A DNA stretch of 64,000 nt from Malacoraja senta (Eukaryota). The position numbers and the translations under genes were made by a program. The DNA lies in the NCBI GenBank assembly GCA_038087875.1, contig JAXLNO010000050.1:62001-126000 (forward strand), in the 5' to 3' direction. How positions within the stretch are numbered: position 1 is the first letter of the stretch; each line of letters opens with the position of its first letter. The notes beneath the pieces were generated by a model, which did no database searches, had not been told where the DNA came from, and worked only from the letters and a program-made list of their open reading frames with translations. Positions 37,091-50,249 of this stretch are shown here, piece after piece.

Positions 37091-38591
37091 AAGCTGTAAC
37101 TGAAGGAGTCTGCAAGGCTAATTAGAATTATTGGAAAAGGGAGATTAGAACAAGGGTAGGATCTCTAAAATCATATTGCCATAAGTGATAGGAGTAGAAT
37201 TAGGCCATTTGGCCCATCATGGCTGATCTATCTCTCCCTCCAACCCCATACTCCTGCTGTCTCCCCATAACCTCTAACACCTGTACTATTCAAGAATATA
37301 TCTATCTCTGCCTTAAAAATATCCACTGATTTGGCAAAGAATTCCAGATTCACCACCCTCTGACTAAAGACATTTCCACACTAAAATAACATCCTTTAAT
37401 TCTGAGGCTATGACCTCTAGTCCTAGATTCTCCCACTCATGAAAACATCCCCTCCACATCCACTTGATCCAAGCCTTTCACTACTCTATATGTTTCAATG
37501 AGGTTGCCCCTTATTCTTCTAATCTCAAATCAAAGTGGTTAACAGTGAGCTGATGAGTTATCGGGATCATGTACAAGTTAGGATGATGATAATAGATTAA
37601 CTTAGAGGGTAGAAGACAGAGCTTATTCCAAAACATTGCTGGAGTAACTCAGTGGGACAGGCAGCATCTCTGGAGAAAATGAATAGCTGACATTTCAGGT
37701 CGAAACTTTTCTTCAGACCCGAAACGTCACTTCCCCCTGTTCTCCAGAGAAGCTGCCTGACCCGCTGATTTACTCCAGCACCTTGTGTCTATTTTTGTAA
37801 ACCAGCATCTGCAGTTCCTTGTGTTTCCATTTATCCAGAAACATTTTGGAATACCAGGTCTAAGTGTTACAAAGAGGTAGCAGATGAGATGAGTTGAGAT
37901 GGAGTGAGGCAAATGATGGAGAGAAAAATGTCGGCAAAGATGACAGGGATATACGGTTCAAAGCCCAAGATCAGCTTAACCAGCACCTTCAGTTCCTTCC
38001 GACAAATTCAGTTTAACCAGGGTAACAACATCCCCAACAGTCAGGTTAACTGTCAATGGTTACCAGAGAGAAGGATGGAAATGGTGGCAATTTAAAAGAA
38101 ACTGCGGCAGCGAACTAAAGTCATAACTTTGGTCTTCCCAGCACCCAGGTGAAGAAAACGTAGATTTATTTAGTTTAGTTTAGAGATACAACACATAAAC
38201 AGGCCATTTTGCCCACGAAGTCCGTGTTGACCAGCAATCACCCCATACACGAACACTATCCTGCACACTAGAGACAATTTACTGCAGCCAAGGTAATCTA
38301 CAAACATGTACGTCTTTGGAGTGTGGGAGGAAACTGGGGCAGCTGGAGAAAACCCACATGGTCACGGGGAGAAGGTACAAACTGTACGGACAGCACCTGT
38401 GGCCAGGATCGAACCTGTGTCTCTGGAGCTGTAAGGCAGCAACTGTGCTGCTGCGCCACTGTGCTGCCCATCTTTACTGCTAGTACATGGGAGACAGATG
38501 ATGCTGCAGTATAGCAGGATGCAACTCGGGTTAAGTGAACAAGAACCGAAATATGTTTGTAATGAAATAAAACTGAACATTAATGCAGTAC

Positions 38592-38801
38592 CTTCAATGC
38601 ATGCACGACTGCCACCGCCGCATCTTCAGAAACATTATCCAACCCACATTCAAATGCTGTTACGAACATCTGGCCTTCTAATTGCCCTCTTGTGGGAAGC
38701 ACCATGGTGTGAGTGCAAAACTTCACACCATCTTCCTCTTGGGGATCCTTCATCACAAAGTTCTGCACCCCAGACAAAGATTTCTGTGCTTGGAAACGAT
38801 G
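38592..38801 (-). CDS. TADA1: Transcriptional adapter 1, exon 5 (210 nt)
   Basis: [70 protein letters not shown]. Acceptor ccttcag, donor gtactg, phase 0/0. Confidence 0.95.
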
Positions 38802-40620
38802 CTGAAGGAAGATGCAAGCACTTGAGCAAAAAGCTTTATGAAATATGAAAACTATCGGATTTCTAAATTAAATGATATGTTTACACACGCATTATCTACT
38901 GAAAAGAAATGGGATCTGATCCTGGCATTAACTTGACAAAAAAGATCAAGTACAATGTTATTCCAAAGTTGCTATTTATAAGCAATTCTAACATTATCTC
39001 CATTGTAGATGGACCAGGGCAATGTTTGGCTGAATGTTGCTGGATCTGGGTCACTGCGCACATATACTGACCTGTGGTGCCCCATTCATATTAATCTTCT
39101 GTGCTCCATGAATCAGGCTACAAGGTATGTGTTCATAAGGGATAGGAGCAGAATTAGGTCATTCTGCCCATCATGTGTACTCCACCGTTCAATCATGGCT
39201 GATCTAACTCCCTCCTAACCTCACCTCCATAACCTCTGTCACCTGTCTAAACAAGAATCGATCTGCTTCTGCCTTCAAAATATCCATTGACTTGGACCTC
39301 ACAGCCTCCTGTGGCAATGAATTGCACAGATTCACCACCCCCTGACTATAGCAAGATTCAGATAGTATTTCTGCTGGACCCCATGCCCATTAACCTCATC
39401 CCATGCATCCCCTCCCCTATAAACGCCACCTCCACTGAGCCCATCTTGCACCCATCTCTCCCCTCCCCCTTCATTCCTACACAACTCGAACCTCGTCAAT
39501 CCTCTCGCTTCACAATTCACAACTCACTGATCCTTTTATTTCACTCCATGTACGTGTTCATCTCTGGCCTTAGTCCAACCATCTGCCCATCACTAACCTG
39601 CCTCGCCGGTGTTCACCTATGACCTACCATGCTTTGTCCTGCCCCTCCACTCTTCTGGCTTCCTTCCTCCCACACCTGCAATCAGTCTGAAAAAGAGTCC
39701 AGACCCGAAACGCCACCTCTCCATGCTCTCCAGGGATGCCACCCCGCCCACTGGGTTACTCCAGCACTGTCTTTTTCCTCAGGAGCCTCTGATGTTCAGA
39801 GACATTATTCATAGGTTCAAGGAGCAGGATTAGACCATTCAGCCCATCGAGTCAACTGCGCCATTCAATCATGGCTGACCTTTCCTTCCCTCAACACCAT
39901 TCTCCTGCTTTCTCCCCATAACTCTTGATAGCCCTACCCATCAAGTATCTGTCACTTCTCCACCTTAAAAATACCTTGAATGGGATGTGATTTGGCTATG
40001 AAACTGTGAGTCTTTCTATCTTTAAAAGCCATGGATTGGGTTAAATAGCCATCATCAGAGCATGTTTCGGTTGTAATTATCGATGTTAATTGTTTAAAAA
40101 GTTGATGTAAATAATTGGAAAAAAACCTTGTTAACCAAAACTAACTAACCAAAACGCATTAAAACAAGCACACCTCCATAAATATATTAAGTTAATTAAT
40201 AAGATCTTTTGTCTTCCCATCCTCCAGGCCTGGAAACCAAATAAAGCCTCCAACTACATAACCGAGATGGAGATATGCTGGGGGACTACAATCTGCTGCT
40301 TTTATTATTTAAACTGTAAAGATTTTTATTTAGTGACCATTGTTAAATGGTAACACAATGCTGATAAAAACATAATAACACTTTCTTCTTTTGCATGCTT
40401 TTTTGCCCTCAATCATCCCTTTATAGTCATACATCATGGAAACAGGCCCAACTTGCCCATGCCGACAACATTACATCATTATTCATTCACGGAGTATCAG
40501 GAGCCTTTAGTTTGTTCTTTTTAATTACGTGAAACTAAAATAATTTTATCAAAACGTCTTCCAAAACGAGCTTAGCAAGTAGCCAAAAGAAGAATCATCG
40601 TCGGCTTGAGAGTAACTCAC

Positions 40621-40709
40621 TTCAAACTTTGATGGGAACTTTTTTTTGCTTTTAGGTTTACCGGGTTTAGCAGCCGATTGACTGTTCCATAGTTGAGAGG
40701 ACTGACCTT
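40621..40709 (-). CDS. TADA1: Transcriptional adapter 1, exon 4 (89 nt)
   Basis: (E)GQSSQLWNSQSAAKPGKPKSKKKFPSKFE, matching SAAKPGKPKGKKK. Acceptor ttacag, donor gtgagt, phase 1/0. Confidence 0.9.
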
Positions 40710-40939
40710 CTGTAACGTGAACAGTTCAAAGGCAGTATGAGTTGGCTTCATTTCTTCAGAGTCACTCGTAGTCTTTGCGAATGTTGTTGATAAATTTATC
40801 CTGCGGGTTGCACAGGACATTTAACAGCAGCTGTCTATCGGATCAAGGCAATTTAATGTGAACAAAATGCATGGCACGTGCCACATTCCCCACATGATTT
40901 AATAAAATAGAGAAAAGTCCCGCAACACTGCTCCTGTGA

Positions 40940-41390
40940 AATAGGGTGACAGGAATGAGTGGGTTAGCATATGATGAGCGTTTAATGGCACTGGGCCTCT
41001 ACTCGCTGGAGTTTAGAAGGATTAAGGGGGGGACCTCATTGAAACTTACCAAATAGTGAAATGCCTGAATTGAGTGGATGTGGAGAGGATGTTTTCACTG
41101 GTGGGAGAGTATAAGTCTAGAGGTCATAGCCTCAGAATTAAAGGACGTTCCTTTCGGAAGGAGATGAGGAGGAATTAATTTAGTCAGAGGGTGGTGAATC
41201 AATAGAATTCATTGCCACAGAAGGCCGTGGAGGCTGTCTATAGATATTTTTAAGGTGATAGATAGATTAGTACAGGTGTTAGGGGTTCTGGGGAGAAGGC
41301 AGGAGAATGGGGTTAGGAGGGAGAGATGGATCAGCCATGATCGGAGTAAACTTGATGAGCCGAATGACCAAATTCTGCTCCTATCACTTA
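40940..41390 (+). mobile_element. CR1 3' fragment
   Basis: Degenerate GLAYDERL..LGLYSLEFRR...SQRVVN plus 3' UTR. Confidence 0.75.
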
Positions 41391-42019
41391 TGAAGGGTGG
41401 AGACTGGGATGATTGAATGATACGTGTGCAGGTGTCAGCTGAGAGAACAGAGAAATGGCTAATAGACATAGAAGTAGAAACAAGGAACTGCACCTGCTGG
41501 TTTAACAAAAAAGAGACACTCTGCTGGCTCAGGGAGCATCCATGGAGAACATGGATAGGTGACATTTCCGGTCGGGACCCTTATTCAGGCTGATCTTTGC
41601 TACATCTCCCAGATATACCTATTGATATTCACAAGCCTTTACCCTGTTCATTCAGCTAACAGCACCACTTATATCATTCACTCATTGTCAGTCTCCACCC
41701 AAGAGCGGGGCAGAAGGACTTTCCTCCAATTTATTAAATAATGTGGTAAATGTTCATTCATCATTTTGTAAGAAACATAAGATCACTCCAAAATGAGGCG
41801 GCCAGAATGGGAGGAGTTACAAATGCAAAGGTTGAAGAATAGAGAAGAGCAAAAACAGGGAGGGATTTGAAAAGGTCGACGAGAATTTTAATTCGCCACA
41901 TCTCAATTAGAAGACCAAAGTCTGTAAGCAGAGGGATAAAGACACAACATGAGTTAGGAGAAGCACTAAAACAGATAAGTATTGGGTATTTTTGTAGAAA
42001 GTATTAAAATCTCATTTAC

Positions 42020-42085
42020 CTGGAGCTGAAACCATAATCTGACATCGCGTGAAGATTGCAAGCAAGAAGTCATTATGAGAATGCA
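42020..42085 (-). CDS. TADA1: Transcriptional adapter 1, exon 3 (66 nt)
   Basis: (V)HSHNDFLLAIFTRCQIMVSAP. Acceptor ttttgcag, donor gtaaat, phase 1/1. Confidence 0.93.
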
Positions 42086-42769
42086 CTGCAAAACAAAAAT
42101 GAGTTGTTCCTTTAATAATTTCATGCTTAATCCACCACAGTGTAGAACCATGTCTGTGGTAATCCAAGACCAAAACGGTTGTCAATGGAAAAAAAAGATG
42201 AGCAACCTCGTCACTTTTCCGTGCTGTCTCAAAATAATTTGATTTTCATGTACAAATCTAATTCAATTAAAAAAGTTGTCACTGAATCTATTGTCTCCAA
42301 TCATTTAGGGATTTGGCTGCAGTGAGACTGTCCTTGCTACATCTAGCCTCATGATCGACATTGTTCACCTAAACTATCCAAACATTTCGGATGTTGAGCT
42401 GAACATTAGCTAAATACATTTCACAGTGAATCCCCGCATGCAACATGGAGAGAAGATACCTCATCAGTATGGTGGGTTGTTCATCAAGTTTACTCCAGCT
42501 GATTTAAGTCACTGTATTACGGTACAATAATACTTTAAACATCACTGGGGGGAAATTGGGATGTCACCTGCCACATGGAAAATACTCTTGCTTAGTTTAT
42601 TGTCGCGTGTACTGAGGTACAGTGAAGAGCTTTTGTTGCGTGCTAACCAGTCAGCGGAAAGACAATATATGATTACAAACCAGTCATCCAGTGTAGATAC
42701 ATGATAAAGGAAATAACATTTACTGCAAGATAATGTCCTGTAAAGGAAGTAAGCAATTATAGACCTTAC

Positions 42770-42861
42770 CATTATCATGAGTAAGGAGCTTCCTGGCTTC
42801 CAAATCAAACTCCTCTTTACTTATCTTTTTCTTGAAACAAAGTCTCCCGTTTGCCCAGTAT
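42770..42861 (-). CDS. TADA1: Transcriptional adapter 1, exon 2 (92 nt)
   Basis: [30 protein letters not shown] versus recalled [30 protein letters not shown]. Acceptor tttttcag, donor gtaagg. Confidence 0.93.
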
Positions 42862-43757
42862 CTGAAAAATGTTTAAAAAACTGGAGATGAGAATTGTGTA
42901 CCAGGCAGCTTCAATGAATTACTTTTATACAGTGGCTTTATGGTGCAAGAATGTCACAATGCACAGTTACACATTGCATGGGTGGCACAGTGGCGCAACG
43001 GTAGAGTTGCTGCCTCACAGCTCCAGAGACCCGGGTTCCATCTTGACTACGGATGCTGTCTGTTCGGAGTTTGTACCTTCCCCATGTGACTGCGTGGGTT
43101 CCAGTTTCCACCCACACTCAATTGCTCCTGGTGTATGGAGGATAGTGATAGTGTACTGGTCGGCATGGACTTGGTGGGTCGAAGTGGTAAGCTCGGATTT
43201 TATTCCTTGGAGCGCAGGAGTCTGAGGGGTGATATATAGAGGTGTATAAAAAATGTGGGGAATAGGGTGAATACACAGTGCTTATTTCCCAGCATAGAGG
43301 AATTAAGAACCAGAGTAATAACTCAGCCTTAGCAACTGATCCAAGGTTATCGATATTGAGGGTAGCTATTGGATGAAGGGAAATGTTTTTATGGGGAAGG
43401 TGACTTGGAGGGTAATTAAAACTGCAGCAGTTGGAGAGGGAATCTTATGACAAGAATGAGAGTGTTTTCTTTAATTTCAACAGGTCTTGGGTTACTAAAG
43501 TTAATAAGGAGAAGGCCAAACATGAGTGGTGATTGATCCTTTGAAATGGGGAGGATGAAGAGCTGGAAGCTCAAGCTGTGGATCAGCTAAGGTGAAGAGG
43601 ATGTGAACTGTGATTCAGAAAGTGTCAGGCAATCACGTAAGTGTTTCAAATCTGTATGAAGCCAAAATAGTGGGTTGCATTTTTTTCTAAGAGATGTAGC
43701 GTGGAAACAGGCCCTTCAACCCACTGAGTCTGTGCCGACCAGCGATCCCCATACACT

Positions 43758-45470
43758 TGTTCTATGCTACAGCTTCACAACTAATTAACAGAGGCTTTAC
43801 TCTCGAGTCTTGGGTTCAGCCATTTTTATTCAGGATCCATCTTGGCTGCAGCCTCGTGGGTATTGCATCATGGGTACTGCACCACCGATCGTGCTATTCC
43901 CATAACATCCCCCTTTGTTTACAAAACACATATGTACAGGGACTTTACATGTATAGCAAGAAATTACATTCTTCCATCGCATCGTATTTCACTGATTCCA
44001 ACATGTGTCCGACAGTCCATATCCCAACATGCATTTCACAGTCCATTTCCGCGGTAGCTTTGAAATTCTCATTCCTTGGATCTGCGACAGTTCAGTGCTC
44101 AGAATTATCTAAACTTTGAATAACATACGTCTGGTTTCTCATTTCCTTTCCCCTTTTTATTTATCTATTTATTTGTTCCTTTCCCCTTTTTAATTTATTA
44201 ATTTGTTTAGTTTTAAAATGGCCATTACGACTACTAAATAAAACTATGCATATTAAACTATAAAAGAACACAATAACATTAACTATTTAAACATAACCTA
44301 ATGGCCTTTTAAATCTAAAATCAACTACATTTGGGCACATAATCCTGCAGATAGCGTGGTTTTCGAACGCATCTACCAGATCTTGTTGTCAGGGTTTGAT
44401 GCTCCCTGGGGACCGGTGTTCGGCTCATAGGTTGATTGTCTCGCTCTGGTTTAGGCATCGTCACCAGGCCATCTCGATCAACCAGGGTTTGATGTTCCCT
44501 GGGGACCGGTGGTTGCCTCATAGGTCGATTGTCTCGTTCTGGTTTTGGCGGTCACAAGGTCATCCAGGTCAACATCAGCGTGATGAAATGGCTCTTTAGT
44601 CCTCAGATGGCGCCGATTCCAACGATAGATGACGTCGTCCTCGGTCCTGACTTCATACGATCTGGGTTGCACTACACGGCCTACAACCACAACCTTCCTC
44701 CAGGGCTGATGTCGGCTTCACTCGAACTGGATCATCAGCTTTCAGGGGAATCAGTTCTTGGGATCCTCTGTTGTAGTAGTCTGCTTGTCTGTCTCCAGCT
44801 GCTCTCAACTCAGCTCCTACCTTTTTCTGAATTTCAGGTTTGAGCAGCCTCTGAGTAGTTGGTGGAATGGTCCTGGTACATTTGTTCATCAATCTTTGTA
44901 CTGGACTGCTACTCTTGCCATGTGTTGGTGTGTTGTGAAAAGCTAATAGGCTCAGGTAAGGGTCAGCTCCTGCAGCCTTAGCCTTCCTCAGCAATGACTT
45001 CGCAACTTTCACACTGCTCTCCACCTTTTCATTACTCTGTGGATAATGGGGTGATGCGGTCGTATGTTCAAACTACCACTTCTTGGCAAATCTCTTGAAC
45101 TCCTCAGCTGTAAACTGTGGCCTATTCTCTGTGATGAGCTGATATTCCATATCTTGCGAGCTGGCCTTTGATTTTATGGATGACATTAAATACCAGTGTT
45201 TTCTCTAGATTTCCCAATATCCTGAGAGTAGTCCACAGTGGTCAAATAGTTCCTTCCATCCAAGTGGAACAAATTTGCACCCACCTTCGCCCATGGCTCT
45301 CTGGAATTTCATGGGAATTTCCTGCAGCAGAGACTCTATGTCCTGTGAAAGTGACTTTGTTCACCTTCAGCTTTGACTTCTCTATGTTCAGCTTCAGGTT
45401 TCTGTCACGACATCTCTCCATCAGAGCTCTGTCCTTCCTGTCATGGTCTCTTTCTGCTTCCTCTGCATCT
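43758..45470 (-). mobile_element. Gypsy LTR retrotransposon 3' half (RT end, integrase, PPT, 150-bp 3' LTR at 43758-43907)
   Basis: Minus strand: LKLNIEKSKL...FTGH; SPHYPQSNEKVE..VK; RSYEVRT...RWNRRHLR. PPT AAAGGGGGA precedes an LTR with TGTT...AACA ends. Inserted into a SINE at 43690-43757. Confidence 0.88.
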
Positions 45471-46140
45471 AGAGCAGCGGATGCAATAGATGAGGTTGGA
45501 GGAGGTGCAGGTGACCTCTGTCGCACCTGGAACGACCGCTTGGGTCCTTGAATGGAGTCGAGGGGGGAGGTAAAGCGACAGGTGTAGCATCACTTGTGGT
45601 TGCAAGGGAATGTGCCCGGGGAAGGGGTGGAGCGGGAGGGAAAGGAAGAATGGACAAGGGAGTTGCGGAGAGAGCGGTCTTTGCGGAAGGCAGACAGGGG
45701 AGGAGATGGGAAGATGTGGCAAGTTGTGGGGTCACGTTGCAGGTGGCGAAACTGACGGAGGACTATTTGTTGTATGTGCCGGTTAGAGGGGTGAATGGTG
45801 AGGACCAGGGGGACTCTGCCCTTGTGCGAGTGGGGGGGATGGGGAGAGAGAGCAGTGTTATGGGGTATGGAGGAGACCCTGGTGCAAGCCTCATCTATAA
45901 TAGGGGAGGGGAACCCCCGTTTCCTGAAGAATGAGGACATTTGCGATGCCCTGGTGTGGAACACCTCATCCTGGGAGCAGATGCGGCGTAGACGGAGGAA
46001 TTGGGAGTAGGGGATGGAGTCCTTACAGGAAGCAGGGTGGGAAGAAGTGTAGTCCAGATAGCCATGGGAGTCACTAGGTTTATAGTGAATGTCGGTCAGA
46101 AGTCCTATCACCTGCGATGGAGATAGTGAGGTCAAGGAAT
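45470..46140 (-). mobile_element. Penelope-like element, inverted 5' portion (RT thumb, Cys linker, GIY-YIG N-half)
   Basis: TDIHYKPSDSHGYLDYTSSHP..CKDSIPYSQFLRLRRICS; PGTFPCNHK..CYTC; TCTSSNLIYCIRCSRC. Confidence 0.9.
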
Positions 46141-46690
46141 TCTAGATCAGCTGATCTATATCGGTGAACTAGATGTCAGCTGATATATATCGGTGAACTA
46201 GATGTCAGCTGATCGACATCGGTGAGACCAAGCGTAGGCTTGGCGATCGTTTCGCTGAACACCTCCGCTCGGTCCGCACTAACCAACCTGACCTCCCGGT
46301 GACTCAGCACTTTAACTCCCCCTCCCATTCCGTATCCGACCTCTCTGTCCTGGGCCTCCTCCACGGCCAGAGTGAGCAACACCGGAAATTGGAGGAACGG
46401 CACCTTATATTCCGCTTGGGGAGTCTGCATCCTGGAGGCATGAACATTGAATTCTCACAATTCTGTTAACCCTTGCTGTCTCCTCCCCTTCCTACCTCAG
46501 CCCTCGGGATCTTCCTCCTCCTTTTTCCTTTCTTCTCCCTGCCTCCCCCCACCCCCTATCAGTCTGAAGAAGGGTTTCGGCCTGAAACGTTGCCTATCTC
46601 CTTCGCTCCATAGATGCTGCTGCACCCGCTGAGTTTCTCCAGCATTTTTGTGTACCTTCGATTTTCCAGCATCTGCAGTTCCTTCTTAAG
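46141..46690 (+). mobile_element. Penelope-like element 3' portion (GIY-YIG C-half, 3' UTR, hammerhead-like core at 46564-46591)
   Basis: IGETKRRLGDRFAEHLRSV...HFNSPSH...LEERHLIFRLGSLHPGGMNIEF, then CTGAAGAAGGGTTTCGGCCTGAAACGTT. Confidence 0.9.
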
Positions 46691-48527
46691 CCTAAATCTG
46701 CAGGTTGCGTTACCAAGGAACAACATGTGTGAGAAATGCAGAGCCAAGGATAATCCTGGGGGGTTCCTAGAACAAATCCCCTGGCTGAAGAAACTGAAAA
46801 TACAACCTGATCAATGTGCCTCCTCCCTCCGGAGACAGTTTCCCACCCTCCTCTCCCTCCTCCCTCCAATGTGGATCCAATTCCACCAGATTGGATAATG
46901 GAGGGAAGGTACTGGAGGAGATTACAATGACTTGTTCAGAGGCTGCAGAAAGATCAAAGATAACATAGGATATCAATGCAGAAACTGTTTACATAGAAAT
47001 CTAGAAAATATGTGCAGCAGGAGGCCCTATACAACTGCAGAAGAACCTCTTTACTCCTATACTGAAATAGTAAGATTAAACGAGAACTTACCAGTTTGAA
47101 GTTTGATCTTTATTTTATGAGGAGTTACGATGAGCGATTACGTGAAGAAAGCCGTCAACTCGCATGCGCGTCAATCTTCAAAGCAGCAGAGTGAAATCAC
47201 AGATAACAGTAATTGAAGTATCATAGTATGATTAAAGAAGACTAGAACTACCAAATTACCTTTATAATATGAGGGTGGGAGCGGTGGGCACGTAATCGCT
47301 CATCGTAACTCCTCATAAAATAAAGATCAAACTTCAAACTGGTAAGTTCTCATTTAATCTTACAATTACTTCGGAGTCACGTGAGTGATTCCATGAAGAC
47401 TGAAGCTCTGTGATTTCATGCCGTGGAAAAAAACGAGTCCACACAAGCACGGCTGCATCAGATGGCCACAGATAAGAGAAACATTCATATTGCATACAGA
47501 CATGACATAGACTAAAACATGCTGATAAATGAACAAATAATAATAACTCATCCCAGGGAAACTATGAAATAGAACCTAAAAAAAAATTGGCAAATACCCA
47601 TGGTCTGGCAATGGGTTTAAAAATAAAATGTTTGGAAACTCGATCGTTAGACCAACCTGCAGTCGGCAGGATGTGGTCCAGAGGACCGAACACAACCCTT
47701 GCTGCTGATGAAGTAGCAGCCCTGGTGGAGTGAGATTAGAAAATTAGTATCTACTTCTGTATAAGCCAAACCCCATTTGAACCACCTGGAGATGGTCTGA
47801 ACTGATACCTTCTTATGAGGTTATTACTAACTAATAAACATAGCTAGTATGAGCCTCTAAGCGTCTAGGTAACCCTGACGTTATGTTGTAAATGTGTGAC
47901 CACACATAACCGAAGGTGCATGGAGTATGTCATGAGAACTAGCTTGAGACCTGACACCCCTGGGCTGCCCTGCCTAACTAAATCGTAAACATGAAATATT
48001 ATATTATTAGCAGGTATAACCATCCTGTCCAGTCCCAATTTACACAATGACTGGACCCGTTGCGCTGACAACAGCACCAATGGGATACCTTATGAGCCCC
48101 GAGCCAAAGATAGGGATATAGCTGGAGCCCCCTGGCGAAGCAGTGTCAACACAATGTCAATATCCCATATTCCGTGTATTTGGGTCTGGGAGAACATGTG
48201 CAAAGATATCCTAAAAAACTAGAATCAGAGGATGAGATCCGACAGAGCTGCAGCAAATATGATGAGAAAGCACGTTGAGCACAGATAATGGGACTATAAC
48301 TTAATTTATTGTCAAGGGCCCATAGAAAATGAACTCTAAAACATTAGTGTCCATGCCGTATTATATGTAACATAGCATTTAAACAGATCGCTTCCCATCT
48401 CCTGAAGAGGAAATGTACTGCTTTTTTGGTGCTATCCCTGCACTCTGCAGTGAGCACATACATGGATTGGTCTGACAACCAAAGTCGCAGGAGCTGTCTT
48501 CTCAGATTCTGTAAGGCAATGAATTGA

Positions 48528-48803
48528 TAAGACCGAGATGAGGAAAAACTTTTTCACACAGAGAGTGGTGAATCTCTGGAACTCTCTGCCACAGAGGGTA
48601 GTTGACGCCAGTTCATTGGCTATATTTAAGAGGGAGTTAGATGTGGCCCTTGTGGCTAAAGGGATCAGGGGGTATGGAGAGAAGGCAGGTACGGGATACT
48701 GAGTTGGATGATCAGCCATGATCATATTGAATGGCGGTGCAGGCTCGAAGGGCCGAATGGCCTACTCCTGCACCTATTTTCTATGTATCTATGTATCTAT
48801 GTA
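48528..48803 (+). mobile_element. Young CR1 3' fragment nested in DIRS-B
   Basis: EMRKNFFTQRVVNLWNSLP remnant and (CTATGTAT)n tail. Confidence 0.88.
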
Positions 48804-50249
48804 TAAATCATACAGAGGCTGGTTCCCCGAGTCCCAGGCTGAACCAGCAAGTTATATGTTTAGAAACCCCATATAAGGTTCTACTATAATTCCCAACATT
48901 TGCGGGAAACCATGGCTACATTGGCCAGTCAGACAGTATGAAAAAACCCTAAAGCGGGATCTTGCTGAATCATTGCAAGACCCGCCTGATGAGGCAAAAT
49001 GGAGCAACGGCACAAAAGAACATTCCTCCCTTGTGTAGTGAGAATGTATCTCTTGCCACTGCGATGCCACATGTCTTTACAACCTGGTGAATGAGCCTGG
49101 ATGGAAACATATCGATATTTGGTGTTCCATCGAGCCATAATGTCATAAAATACTTAGTGATCCAACATCCATTCTGTGTTGTCATTGATTTACATGATGA
49201 TACACCAGAGCCAGATAAAGTTGGGTAAATTATGACAGGATACTTTGACTTGATTGCACCCATGTGACCAACATAAGCCACCACCACAGTGTATCAACCT
49301 GGAATTGAGCATGCAGATCATGCATATCCACACAACAAACCTTTTAACCCATAGTATGCACCTAGTGTCTATAGGTAGTTGATACCAATACCTGAAGAAT
49401 TGGTAATTCCTGCAAATCCCATCGCTCCATAACTAGAGATGGCATTCGTAATTTCCCATCTTTGAGCACTAGCATCAGTCTGAAAACTGAAGATTTATTG
49501 ACCAAAACTACTGGAGCAATGCTGAATATTGTTCATCCACCATTGTGACCCTGATGGCTTCAGCTGGCAATAGCATAGGTCTGTAACAATGACATAACTG
49601 GCACTTGAGAGATTACTACTTTGTAAGTTCTGATAATGCAAAGGCCCAATTGCACAGCTGAAACACAGCTGTTATATTGCCAATTACACTTGATGAATAG
49701 AAGACTGCTTGATAACAAGGTTGTTACAGGCTTCTATTGATTCCAATCTCTTGCCCCAGAGCAGAGTCACAGATAAATAATAGTTAAAGGTACAACCAAA
49801 AACAATAGCTGTAGTTGGTATCAACTTAAATTTAACTGGATGGTTGAGGAACCCCAATCTCTCAAATGAGTTGCGGCTGAAAACAGTTGATTTTAGCAAA
49901 AACACAGCGTTTAGAATCTCATACAGATAAGCCATAGTAAGTGTTTTTGAGCTCTGAGCAGTCCCAGCACTGGTTTAGCAAATTGTTAGATGAGCTGGGA
50001 GCTGAAATGAGCCCATTTACAACGCATTAACTGTTATCATGCCCCATCCAGATAATTTCCAAATGACTCCTGGGATCCCTGTGAATGCATAGTATGCATC
50101 TTTGAAATCGATGCATGCCATAAAGATCTTAAAGAAATCAGTTTGTTAGACAGTAACGAAGCACCATATACTGAAAATCTATGTTGCAAATTCGAGTTAA
50201 ATCAACTATGAACTGACATCCTCCATCCTTTACAATGAAACAGGCCACG

